From the IMG/VR virus record IMGVR_UViG_3300037755_000190, positions 1 to 51,980 of that record: 51,980 bases of DNA, one strand, 5' to 3'. Shown here piece after piece: positions 1 to 7,954 of the stretch (its first letter is position 1; every line of letters starts with the position of its first letter). A program made the translations under genes and the position numbers. Under the pieces are notes generated by a model. The model did no database searches. It was not told the origin of the DNA and saw only the letters and a program-made list of their open reading frames with translations. The DNA is from a virus. Taxonomy: Duplodnaviria; Caudoviricetes.

Positions 1-96
1 GGCGCTGATCATTACAGCGATCCGTATAGCCTGAGCGATGAAGAAGGTACTCGCATTTATATTCGTAATATTGTGAAGATCGAGGTGGTTATTTAA
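1..96 (+). CDS. possible 3' end of a hypothetical protein entering from outside the window
   Basis: Frame 1 is open from base 1 to TAA at 94-96 (GADHYSDPYSLSDEEGTRIYIRNIVKIEVVI), directly abutting the next ATG at 99. Confidence 0.4.
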   Translation, partial: GADHYSDPYSLSDEEGTRIYIRNIVKIEVVI

Positions 97-98
97 TC

Positions 99-527
99 AT
101 GTCAAAGAAAACCAACAAGACCAGTGTTGCAGAAGCTCTAAAGGTTATCGCGGACGCTCTGACGAGCGAAGACAAGGCGGAAACGACAAGCAAGGTTAAA
201 AAGCCTAAGAGCTTCCTGGCCATCTATGTGGAGCAGCGCTACGCCCCGTCAGACGCCCGTACAGGCCAATACATCTATGATGAGGACGCGCAAGAAGCCT
301 ACTACCAAATGTATCCCTCCTATCGGCCGAAGAAGTGGGCTCTGGAGACCAACAACCAAGCGCCTCGCTACATGGTCGAAATTGAGAACGGGGACGAAAA
401 GGCAGCTCTGACCAAGATCGAGAAGGGTCTAGAAGGTCTGAAGCTTATCAACAACGCCGCCACGCAGCAGTACAAGGACAAGTTCCACTACCACGTCGTT
501 AAGATCGAAGAGACTACTGTCAACTAA
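99..527 (+). CDS. hypothetical phage protein
   Basis: 142-aa ORF with GAGGTGG SD upstream of the ATG. Confidence 0.8.
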   Translation: MSKKTNKTSVAEALKVIADALTSEDKAETTSKVKKPKSFLAIYVEQRYAPSDARTGQYIYDEDAQEAYYQMYPSYRPKKWALETNNQAPRYMVEIENGDEKAALTKIEKGLEGLKLINNAATQQYKDKFHYHVVKIEETTVN

Positions 528-1383
528 AACCATTGATACCCTCGTCTCGGATATCTATCAACTCTTCGACGGGTCGGTAGATGTCCCAGATGAGCAGGTA
601 AAGGAGCTGTCCGATGCCATCGCCTCAACAGTTCGAAAACGACTTAGCAGTGATAGAGGACTTAGCCCTTCTCTCAGAATGTCCAACTTGGGAACAAGGT
701 GCGACCGCAAGTTATGGTACTCAGTTAACAAACCCGAGCTTGCCGAGAACTTATCTGGAGCCACGAGTTTCAAGTTTCTCTATGGAGACATACTCGAATC
801 CCTCGTATTGGGACTCGCCAAGCTCGCCGGACATTCCGTTGAGGGAGAACAGGATGAACTCTCCATTGGCGAAGTTAAAGGCCACAGAGATGCGGTTATT
901 GACGGAAGACTCACAGACGTTAAGTCAGCCACAACCCACAGCTTCGCTAAGTTCAGAGACCACAAGCTAAGAATAGATGACCCCTTTGGGTATCTCACAC
1001 AGATTGGATCTTATCTACATGCTTCCCAAAAAGACCCTCTCGTCAAAGACAAAGACAAAGCATCCTTTATCGCGGTCGACAAGCAGCTCGGGCACATCGT
1101 CGTCGACACCTATGAGAAGGACGCCACTGATTACGACCTACTCGTGGAACAAAAGTCAGCACTTCTGGCTAATGAAGGGCTTCCTGAGAGAGGATTTGGA
1201 GACCAGCCCGAAGGAAAGTCCGGTAACCGAAAGCTCTGCACCGAGTGCTCCTACTGTCCTTTTAAAGGAGCGTGTTGGCCTGGGCTTAGAACTTTCACTT
1301 ACTCAAACGGGCCGACTTTCCTTACAAAAGTTGTAAGAGAACCACAGGTGGAGGAGAAGACAGATGGCAAACGAAAATTCTAA
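517..1383 (+). CDS. PD-(D/E)XK (Cas4-like) exonuclease, probable CTG start
   Basis: Motifs RMSNLG..C.RKLWY, KFLYGDILE, GHRDAVIDG..TDVKS and C-terminal CTECSYCPFK..CW. The frame is open upstream of the listed ATG 679 back to CTG 517 (MSTKTIDTLVSDIY), with no ATG/GTG/TTG in between. Confidence 0.85.
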   Translation: MSTKTIDTLVSDIYQLFDGSVDVPDEQVKELSDAIASTVRKRLSSDRGLSPSLRMSNLGTRCDRKLWYSVNKPELAENLSGATSFKFLYGDILESLVLGLAKLAGHSVEGEQDELSIGEVKGHRDAVIDGRLTDVKSATTHSFAKFRDHKLRIDDPFGYLTQIGSYLHASQKDPLVKDKDKASFIAVDKQLGHIVVDTYEKDATDYDLLVEQKSALLANEGLPERGFGDQPEGKSGNRKLCTECSYCPFKGACWPGLRTFTYSNGPTFLTKVVREPQVEEKTDGKRKF

Positions 1384-1552
1384 TAAATCCCACTTCAAGC
1401 TTGAGTACGTTGGTATCAAAAGTCGGGGTAGGCAAGCCTGGGTGTTGTGGATCAGAGACGAGACGACTCTTGTCTGGAAAGAGGTTCCCTACGATCTGTA
1501 TATGAAGGACTTATTTGATCTAGCTACTATTTGCATGCGAGAGAGTGGTTGA
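1364..1552 (+). CDS. hypothetical protein
   Basis: 62-aa ORF with GGAGGAG SD, overlapping both neighbours. Confidence 0.65.
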   Translation: MANENSNKSHFKLEYVGIKSRGRQAWVLWIRDETTLVWKEVPYDLYMKDLFDLATICMRESG

Positions 1553-1926
1553 AGAATAGTTTCGAACAAGCTTGCTTTGATGCTTTAGTTAATGAGTACG
1601 GTAAGAACAATGTTTTATACGAGCCTGAAGAGTTTCTTTACACTTCAGAACATTTTTATACTCCTGACTTTCGTGTCCGCGACGGCAGCAGCCTATTTTA
1701 CGTGGAGTCAAAAGGTTATCTTCGTCCCGATAATTGTCGAACGATTGTCCATGTAATTGAGCAACATAACCTTGACCTTAGGATAGTCTTTCAGCGCAAC
1801 CAGAAATTACGCAAAGGATCGGAACAGCGTTACTCAGACTGGGCGGATCGCAAGGGCATTACGTACTGCGTAGGAGTCAAAAACATAAAGGATATAGCCC
1901 CCGATGAGCACACACGTAGTCTTTAG
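1549..1926 (+). CDS. T7 endonuclease I-like Holliday junction resolvase
   Basis: Motifs YEPEEF.Y, YTPDF, YVESKG, DLRIVFQ, YSDWA..KG. TTG start at 1549 overlaps the upstream stop. Confidence 0.85.
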   Translation: MKNSFEQACFDALVNEYGKNNVLYEPEEFLYTSEHFYTPDFRVRDGSSLFYVESKGYLRPDNCRTIVHVIEQHNLDLRIVFQRNQKLRKGSEQRYSDWADRKGITYCVGVKNIKDIAPDEHTRSL

Positions 1927-2662
1927 CTGCGCTCACGTCCACCATGAGCATAACAACGATAGGGCAACCTGGCTAGGCAAACTGATCTGCGACGTTCGAC
2001 CGGAGGTGGTAGTCAATCTTGGGGACAATGCAGATATGCCTTCCCTGTCTTCTTTCGACAAGGGCACAAGGGCCGCTATGGGTAGGACTTACGAGAAAGA
2101 CATAGCCGCCCACATAGATTTCCAAGAGAAGTTGTACGCCCCCATTCGTAAGCAAAAGAAGAAGATGCCCTACTCTGTATTCTTCATTGGTAATCACGAG
2201 CAACGTATCGAGAAGGCTGTCAATGCAGCGCCAGAGTTGGAAGGAGCTGTTAGTTTAGCGGACTTGGAGCTAGAGGCGTACTACAATGACGTTGTGTATT
2301 ATGATGGCGGTACTCCTGGGCATCTGTGTATTGACGGAGTGTACTATTCGCATTATTTCGTCTCAGGTGCTATGGGACGGGCTATCTCGGGCGAACACAC
2401 CGCTTACTCTCTTATACAGAAAACTGGTGCCTCCTGTACGCAGGGCCATACTCATGAGTTTGATTACTGTGTACGTACGCGCGTGGATGGGGCTAAGCTA
2501 CAAGGCTGTGTCGTCGGATGCTTCCAAGATTACACTAACGATTGGGCGGGCAAAATAGCCACTTCATGGGACCGTGGAGTGATGATTAAAAAGAACGTAG
2601 AGGATGGACGCTATGACCACGAGTGGATATCTTTGAAAACATTGAAGAAGGATTACAGTTGA
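1904..2662 (+). CDS. calcineurin-like metallophosphoesterase
   Basis: Motifs C.H (in place of D.H), LGD.AD, GNHE, SHY and QGHTH. Confidence 0.85.
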   Translation: MSTHVVFSCAHVHHEHNNDRATWLGKLICDVRPEVVVNLGDNADMPSLSSFDKGTRAAMGRTYEKDIAAHIDFQEKLYAPIRKQKKKMPYSVFFIGNHEQRIEKAVNAAPELEGAVSLADLELEAYYNDVVYYDGGTPGHLCIDGVYYSHYFVSGAMGRAISGEHTAYSLIQKTGASCTQGHTHEFDYCVRTRVDGAKLQGCVVGCFQDYTNDWAGKIATSWDRGVMIKKNVEDGRYDHEWISLKTLKKDYS

Positions 2663-2820
2663 TAGACCCAGACGAGACTAGCCTCGAACGAGCCGAGCAG
2701 CTATTAGAGACTTACTATCTAGAACAATTGATTGAGTTGTCTAACTTAACAGAGGCAGAGGCGTTAGCTATCCTCATTGATAGTGGCGACTTTACCTTGC
2801 CCGAGGTACTACCGCTATGA
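2659..2820 (+). CDS. small acidic hypothetical protein
   Basis: TTG start overlaps the upstream TGA, with AAGGA SD. Confidence 0.55.
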   Translation: MIDPDETSLERAEQLLETYYLEQLIELSNLTEAEALAILIDSGDFTLPEVLPL

Positions 2821-2960
2821 CTATCTATCTTATTCGGGACACCACTTATCACGTTGCCGAAGGGTACATGACCACTTACGAAGCGGCAAGACAATGGATC
2901 AAAGATAACAAAGAGCCGTGGACTTATGAAGTTATCGCAGTGGATGAATTGTCGTCATAG
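2817..2960 (+). CDS. 47-aa hypothetical protein (not in ORF track)
   Basis: ATGA overlap with the previous stop, GAGG SD; MTIYLIRDTTYHVAEGY...DELSS*. Confidence 0.6.
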   Translation: MTIYLIRDTTYHVAEGYMTTYEAARQWIKDNKEPWTYEVIAVDELSS

Positions 2961-2962
2961 TC

Positions 2963-3148
2963 ATGGTTGATCCGGAAGACAAGTACAAAAGACGTAGGCG
3001 GCGGCAACGCAACCTTATCGCTAGGGATCTCTTAACCGATCGGAGGTGGAAAGGACGAATTGAGTTATCAAAGAAAGATCGCATTAAGAAACCGTTAATA
3101 GAGATAAGCGATGATTTACGCCGTGACGAAGATGACGATGCTGGGTGA
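2963..3148 (+). CDS. small basic hypothetical protein
   Basis: 61-aa Arg/Lys-rich ORF packed into the operon. Confidence 0.6.
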   Translation: MVDPEDKYKRRRRRQRNLIARDLLTDRRWKGRIELSKKDRIKKPLIEISDDLRRDEDDDAG

Positions 3149-3311
3149 CGAATTGGTGGGTTTGTTCTCTGACGTCGAGGAGGCAGATAGTTATATTGAA
3201 GGTGTTTCTCTTAGTAACGAGGATGAACAGCGCTACGCTGTACGTGGTTGGGTAGTAAACTGCCCAGAATTAAACAGTGATGATGACGAGGACGAAGACT
3301 ATGACGACTAA
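3111..3311 (+). CDS. small acidic hypothetical protein
   Basis: 66-aa ORF overlapping its neighbours. Confidence 0.55.
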   Translation: MIYAVTKMTMLGDELVGLFSDVEEADSYIEGVSLSNEDEQRYAVRGWVVNCPELNSDDDEDEDYDD

Positions 3312-3651
3312 AAAGATCGCTGGTGGATCGCCCGCCGCTACTTACCTGTTCTTTAAGCTACAAGAAGAGCTAGGGGAGGTAACACAGGCTTTGAGTAAAT
3401 TCCTCATCCAAGTGGCCTTTCATCCTAACGACCCTGAAGAACAGGAAGAAGCACGCAAACGTCTCTCTGAAGAAATTGCTGATGTAATGGCTGTCTATGG
3501 TTTCATTGAGAAGTTGGGTTACATCAATGAAGAGGCGTTAGAAAAGAAGTACGCAGCCCGAGTAGACATTCTGGAAAAGAAGTTAGATAAGATCGCGAAG
3601 GAGTACACGGATAACAACGATACTGACGGACGGAAAACAAGTAGCGAGTGA
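3301..3651 (+). CDS. MazG-like nucleotide pyrophosphohydrolase
   Basis: KLQEELGEV...LSEEIADV is the EEXXE..EXXD all-alpha NTP-PPase signature. GAGG SD precedes ATG 3301. Confidence 0.75.
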   Translation: MTTKKIAGGSPAATYLFFKLQEELGEVTQALSKFLIQVAFHPNDPEEQEEARKRLSEEIADVMAVYGFIEKLGYINEEALEKKYAARVDILEKKLDKIAKEYTDNNDTDGRKTSSE

Positions 3652-4117
3652 CAGCCAGACATCTATTGGTAGTGAACGTTGCCCTGGAGAATGGTCGAAG
3701 GTGATAGTCGAAGGAGACCGTCTCTTTGCTTTCTCTGGGGCTACTTGTATGTTTGCACCGGCGATCAAATGGTACAAGAGTGGACTAGCAGCAGATCGGC
3801 CTAAGGTGGATGGCGACGAGTACAACCATACGCTTTGGGTGTTCGATCCAGACAGAGGCGCGCAGTGTTTCAACAATACCCATCAGAATCCCTATCCGGA
3901 AGTAGCTCATTTTCCTGCTGCAATGGGGAGTGGCGCCAAGTTTGCACTAGGGGCTTTCCACGCCGGAGCGTCCTTAACAGAGGCTGTCCAAATAGCCATA
4001 GCCCTCGACGTATTTAGTGGTGGCCCTGTAAAGGTAGTTGACATCCCACAAAAGACATTACCAATAGTTAAACAAACGCTGTGGGAGAGAATCAGCTATG
4101 TTGTCTGGGGACACTAG
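3611..4117 (+). CDS. Ntn-hydrolase (HslV/proteasome-beta-like) peptidase, probable ATA start
   Basis: Extending the ORF upstream of GTG 3701 gives (M)TTILTDGKQVASDSQ, the Thr1 Ntn signature; also AMGSGAKFALGA and A..LD..SGG. AAGGAG SD (3598-3603) lies 7 nt before ATA 3611, and there is an in-frame stop at 3584. Confidence 0.8.
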   Translation: MTTILTDGKQVASDSQTSIGSERCPGEWSKVIVEGDRLFAFSGATCMFAPAIKWYKSGLAADRPKVDGDEYNHTLWVFDPDRGAQCFNNTHQNPYPEVAHFPAAMGSGAKFALGAFHAGASLTEAVQIAIALDVFSGGPVKVVDIPQKTLPIVKQTLWERISYVVWGH

Positions 4118-4910
4118 AGTACGGGGTGAGTTTGGATGGAAATCGCTCTCTGAGGAGTACGGGAACCTCCACGCACCTACTAAGACAGGCAGGCGATACA
4201 CCTTTGGCCTAGCTAAGGGCTCTCATAGTAAGAAAACGTGGGATATCATAGCTTCCCGCCCGCACCTCTGGCCCTTGGTATCTGGTGAGGTGACTTATGA
4301 TCTTCGGGAGGGTGACGTTGTCCCCGCTAACAAGTCTGACTGTGGCTACTCTCCTGAGGGCTGGCTACACGGATACTTAAAGCGTGAGGGCTATTCAGGG
4401 GGCGTCTATACTCTTTATAAACAGTTCTACCGATGGACAGGACGCCTCCACCAGTTGTCTATTGATAAGTCGGTTGGATCAGACAAGACCGAATACAGGT
4501 TCCCTGATTTTACCTATCAACAGTGGCCTTACGAACTGGGGAAAACCTACGAAGGCGCTAAGTACGTAGGGTCTTTTATTCAGGGCTTTATGGACGCAGG
4601 GACATCCTTCGCGCAAGTTGCTTTCAACACCTCAGAGGCCGCTTGGTGGTTTTACGGCATGTGCCCTTTCGCAGGATACATAGCCTCCGGAGTTGTCCAC
4701 GAGACAAGAGTGAAAACACAGGCTACTCGCACGAAAGTAGGAGCCGCTGAGTTTCACACTGTCTACAAATTTTACTGTGCAAAGGGAAGCGATCACGCAG
4801 GGTTTAGGGTGCTCCAGATCGATCCTGTGGAGGGGCAGGGGTTGTATGTAGAGCGCGGCGAATTTCCCCAGCCTGCTTGCCTTGAGGGTGGTATACAAGC
4901 CCTTTTTTAG
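4098..4910 (+). CDS. free-standing intein-derived protein (Hint + degenerate LAGLIDADG)
   Basis: Block A-like MLSGDTRV..GWKSL, block B-like IIASRPHLWPL, DLREGDVV, LAGLIDADG-like WLHGYLKREG and FIQGFMDAG, and block F/G-like FRVLQIDP...LEGGIQ. Own GGGAG SD; in-frame stop at 4065. Confidence 0.7.
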   Translation: MLSGDTRVRGEFGWKSLSEEYGNLHAPTKTGRRYTFGLAKGSHSKKTWDIIASRPHLWPLVSGEVTYDLREGDVVPANKSDCGYSPEGWLHGYLKREGYSGGVYTLYKQFYRWTGRLHQLSIDKSVGSDKTEYRFPDFTYQQWPYELGKTYEGAKYVGSFIQGFMDAGTSFAQVAFNTSEAAWWFYGMCPFAGYIASGVVHETRVKTQATRTKVGAAEFHTVYKFYCAKGSDHAGFRVLQIDPVEGQGLYVERGEFPQPACLEGGIQALF

Positions 4911-4989
4911 TGTGAATACCTTAAATAGTTATGGTCAACGAAGCCCCGGAGTGGTACGCCAAAAAGGTTTATCGCAAAGGGGCTTTTTC

Positions 4990-5301
4990 ATGGCTAGGGC
5001 AGAATTACTTGTAGGCGTATCTGTCTGTTTCACCATCGTTTTCGGCGTTTTTGTAGCTTTACTGGTGCTTTACGTCCTGCGATTACGACGAGATATATCG
5101 CGATTGTTGATAACCCAAACGATCTTGAAAGCGCTTTACGATGACGATACACCTATTCCACAATTACCATATACATGGAGGGTTCCACCTGTTGGAGTGG
5201 AGGCTTCTCCTGGCTTCAAAAGTGTGGTCTTACCGTATCAAGGTCGCTCCGGAGGTGTGGTGGCCGATCTCAGAGGGACTGGCAGGGCCATGGGGAGTTG
5301 A
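4990..5301 (+). CDS. putative membrane protein
   Basis: N-terminal hydrophobic helix. It overlaps 5141..5503 in another frame, so its extent is uncertain. Confidence 0.45.
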   Translation: MARAELLVGVSVCFTIVFGVFVALLVLYVLRLRRDISRLLITQTILKALYDDDTPIPQLPYTWRVPPVGVEASPGFKSVVLPYQGRSGGVVADLRGTGRAMGS

Positions 5302-5503
5302 TGGGCAAGGTGAAACTTGGGCGGTTTTCGATGGGTGCTCTTATCGGCTAACGCCTATGCACAAGACAAAGGAATGGCCTAAAGGGGGATACGATGACTA
5401 CGAATCAAGAAACGATCGAAGATTCTCCCGTCTTCCGAGTAACATCGCAGACGACCCATCGATTAGTTTTCGAAAGAGCCACCAGCCAGGGTATCAAACT
5501 TGA
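5141..5503 (+). CDS. hypothetical protein
   Basis: 120-aa Trp-rich ORF with large overlaps on both sides. Confidence 0.35.
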   Translation: MTIHLFHNYHIHGGFHLLEWRLLLASKVWSYRIKVAPEVWWPISEGLAGPWGVDGQGETWAVFDGCSYRLTPMHKTKEWPKGGYDDYESRNDRRFSRLPSNIADDPSISFRKSHQPGYQT

Positions 5504-5669
5504 GTATATGTTGTGTCTTCACTGTGGTGTCACCAGTAGGCAAAAGCCGGTCGGACGCTTATCTTGCACTAACTGCGAGAGGGTATACCCCAGCAAGGCA
5601 GACATAGAGTGGTTTAACAAGGGGCGAGCGGAGCCAGCGGACCCTAACGACATAAGGGTTGCTCCATGA
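5394..5669 (+). CDS. CxxC...CxxC zinc-ribbon protein
   Basis: CLHC and CTNC motifs; AGGGGG SD. Confidence 0.65.
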   Translation: MTTNQETIEDSPVFRVTSQTTHRLVFERATSQGIKLEYMLCLHCGVTSRQKPVGRLSCTNCERVYPSKADIEWFNKGRAEPADPNDIRVAP

Positions 5670-6130
5670 CCTGTTGTAAATGCACTCCGGGAGATGTCTC
5701 CCCTTGCGTGCCCCTGCTGCAACACGCGGATAAATGTACGTGTGCTGCCTGTATGTCCTTCAACAAAGCGGTGCGGGATTTCATAGAGAAAGGCAATTTA
5801 AGGGATGCTATCTCCGCGATGTTTGCCAACCTTATTGATAGAGAGGTGCTCGCCCGCATACGCTTGGAGATGCGTCAACAAGAAGAGTTGAGCCCAGAAC
5901 GGTTTAATGTGATCTTAGACGACTCTATAAGAGGTGTAATTATAGGGATTACTGCGGCTCTAAATAATCTGATTGGAGGCTTTGTAAGCGACCCAATTAC
6001 ACGTCTAAGGCTCCTTGAGGATACCCAGGACGCTTTACTAGCCGCTCTGCAAACGTCTCCAAAAGAGCTTATAGAAGTGATGACTGTTAGTAGGTACGAT
6101 CCTCTTGACAGCAAGCCGACACTTCAGTAG
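5666..6130 (+). CDS. hypothetical protein with Cys-rich N-terminus
   Basis: ATGA overlap; 154 aa. Confidence 0.65.
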   Translation: MTCCKCTPGDVSPCVPLLQHADKCTCAACMSFNKAVRDFIEKGNLRDAISAMFANLIDREVLARIRLEMRQQEELSPERFNVILDDSIRGVIIGITAALNNLIGGFVSDPITRLRLLEDTQDALLAALQTSPKELIEVMTVSRYDPLDSKPTLQ

Positions 6131-6165
6131 ACACACAGCTTCTCTTTGCAGGTTAGGAACAGACC

Positions 6166-6234
6166 ATGTGGTTTTTTATCCTAGTTGCGTTGTGTCTCCT
6201 TCCCGTCGCCTATTCGGTGGCCAAGGACTTCTGA
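6166..6234 (+). CDS. 22-aa hydrophobic peptide
   Basis: AGGA SD; MWFFILVALCLLPVAYSVAKDF*. Confidence 0.45.
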   Translation: MWFFILVALCLLPVAYSVAKDF

Positions 6235-6323
6235 AAATCTCTGTCTACTGTTAACTGTTTATCAACCCATCCTAGCTATCCTGTCTTTGTAAGTACAGCG
6301 TACAACCCTAGAGAGTAGCGAGT

Positions 6324-6623
6324 ATGAAGAAGATCGAAGGCTTGGACTTAACGGGTATCTTTGACGAGGCGGAGAACGAAACCCTTGCTGAGAAGAAGCT
6401 TGGGGTGAAGAAGATCGTCTCTGGGATCATGATAAACCTCCAGGGCTGGCGGCGGGAAAGAGAGCAAGGCAAGACAGCCTGGGAGAAGTCCGACAAAAAG
6501 CTGGGGGATAAGATCGACAAAGCAGTTGCCAAGCTGGAACAGATCAAAGCAGGTAACTGGGATATCCTTATTGACGAAAACGACAAGAAGCAAGGCGCTA
6601 CCGAGACCGCCGACGCAGACTGA
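6324..6623 (+). CDS. coiled-coil hypothetical protein
   Basis: 99-aa charged helical ORF. Confidence 0.7.
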   Translation: MKKIEGLDLTGIFDEAENETLAEKKLGVKKIVSGIMINLQGWRREREQGKTAWEKSDKKLGDKIDKAVAKLEQIKAGNWDILIDENDKKQGATETADAD

Positions 6624-6677
6624 GCGAGCGGTTGGGGAAGTCCCGTAAAGTGTTGAGCCTGATCGCACCAATTCTTT

Positions 6678-7013
6678 ATGAGGGCTTCCCCAGTGGCACA
6701 CTTCGATGATACCGCTGTCCTAGCTTTACTGGCTTTCTTGCTTATCTATGTCTTAATCTTATGTGGAGAGATCGAAGTGGCTCGTCCTTTATCACATCGA
6801 ATCGTTGACGGTCTTCGTGATCTTGGCTTGTGGTTTCAGGAGAAGTGGGAGATCATTTCACCAGCTAAGTGTTGCAAGAATCCTCATCTAGTCGATATCA
6901 AGGACGGGGCGGTATGTCTTAACTGCGGTCTCCGGGATGATGATAAGTTGGACCATCGAAGAGTTGCACACTACCGTTTCATTAATCGACTTAAACGACT
7001 TACGCACTCGTAG
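6678..7013 (+). CDS. membrane-anchored protein with C-terminal Cys motifs
   Basis: N-terminal TM segment; CC and CLNC motifs. Confidence 0.6.
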   Translation: MRASPVAHFDDTAVLALLAFLLIYVLILCGEIEVARPLSHRIVDGLRDLGLWFQEKWEIISPAKCCKNPHLVDIKDGAVCLNCGLRDDDKLDHRRVAHYRFINRLKRLTHS

Positions 7014-7116
7014 CTTAATACAGGGAGGTGTGCCCCTCTCTGCCCTCCGTAAGAGGACGATAAAGCAGATGTGTCGCTAGGGCCGAAAGATGCAGGTTTG
7101 AGCCCTGCCGAGTGCT
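7004..7116 (+). ncRNA. tRNA-like RNA with expanded D-loop and irregular anticodon arm
   Basis: Perfect 7-bp acceptor GCACTCG/CGAGTGC, then TA, D-stem GCTT/AAGC and T-arm GCAGG-TTTGAGC-CCTGC. The D-loop is 46 nt and holds two hairpins. No encoded CCA. Confidence 0.6.
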
Positions 7117-7152
7117 ACCCATAGTAGCCGTTAGTGCTACCCATAATGCCGT
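7111..7152 (+). repeat. tandem direct repeat duplicating the 3' end of the tRNA-like element
   Basis: AGTGCTACCCATA at 7111-7123 and 7133-7145, each followed by a short spacer and GCCGT. Confidence 0.7.
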
Positions 7153-7202
7153 GTATCGGTGAATAGAAGATGTGTCATATGTTAACCAAGGGAGAAGTTC
7201 AA

Positions 7203-7403
7203 ATGAAGAAAGCCCACGAAGAGCAGCCGCCGGCGGCTGAAGAGCAAAGTCACGCCAAAGGGGACGAACAGCCCCGCGATGTGTCTCTTGCCCCTACGGA
7301 CGACCTCCCCAATCTCGTGACCGGCGAGTCGGAAGCGACCGAAGAGACTGTCCAGGTAGCTTCTGGCGAAACCACTACGGAAGAACAGGTCACGACAGCG
7401 TAA
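7203..7403 (+). CDS. acidic low-complexity hypothetical protein
   Basis: GGGAG SD before ATG 7203; rich in E/T/P. Confidence 0.6.
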   Translation: MKKAHEEQPPAAEEQSHAKGDEQPRDVSLAPTDDLPNLVTGESEATEETVQVASGETTTEEQVTTA

Positions 7404-7463
7404 GCTCGGACCCGCAAGAAACCAAGCACAGAAACCACTGACCACCCCTTAGGGCTTACTCAG

Positions 7464-7844
7464 ATGCAAGAGCTTGAAAACCATTTGGGTAAGACCCTTC
7501 GGGACTCTGAGACAGACACCGAGCTTGTTGAACTACACCCTACAGCACAGGATTGGAAGGCGGCTTTCTACTCTGCTCACGCACTATCCGCTACATTGCT
7601 TAAGCGAGAGAGACAAAGAGGAGAGTCGCACTTGCGTCTTTGGAATATCTGTTGGCTGAGTGGCGGATTATTAGGCTGGGGGCTTGGCACCAACATGACT
7701 TATCTTGCCCCTTCTTACAACGTTTACTGTCCTGCTTTTTTTACACTTCTAATAGCTTTCTTAATAGTATGGGATATGCAAGCTAGCCGCAAGGCTTTAA
7801 TACTTAAGGGACCACAACCCAAGAAAGAGGAGATTGGCGGGTGA
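7464..7844 (+). CDS. putative membrane protein (2 TM)
   Basis: 126 aa with two hydrophobic segments. Confidence 0.6.
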   Translation: MQELENHLGKTLRDSETDTELVELHPTAQDWKAAFYSAHALSATLLKRERQRGESHLRLWNICWLSGGLLGWGLGTNMTYLAPSYNVYCPAFFTLLIAFLIVWDMQASRKALILKGPQPKKEEIGG

Positions 7845-7942
7845 GTGTGTATATTGATCTGGGCTATGGTGTTTCTATCTTCTTTGTCTTAGCCGGGATT
7901 GGCGTGTTCTTGTGGGGTGTTGGGTACTTGATGCGATCTTGA
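7841..7942 (+). CDS. 33-aa single-TM peptide
   Basis: GTGA overlap, GAGGAG SD; MSVYIDLGYGVSIFFVLAGIGVFLWGVGYLMRS*. Confidence 0.55.
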   Translation: MSVYIDLGYGVSIFFVLAGIGVFLWGVGYLMRS

Positions 7943-7954
7943 TGAGGGACAGCG

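Noticed and set aside
4941-4988. AAGCCCC...GGGGCTTTTT terminator or riboswitch
   Set aside because: The 7-bp arms are separated by ~31 poorly structured nt; too weak to call.
7111-7152. Mini CRISPR array
   Set aside because: Only two 13-bp copies 9 nt apart; no spacer-sized intervals and no cas operon (the Cas4-like nuclease is a standard phage exonuclease).
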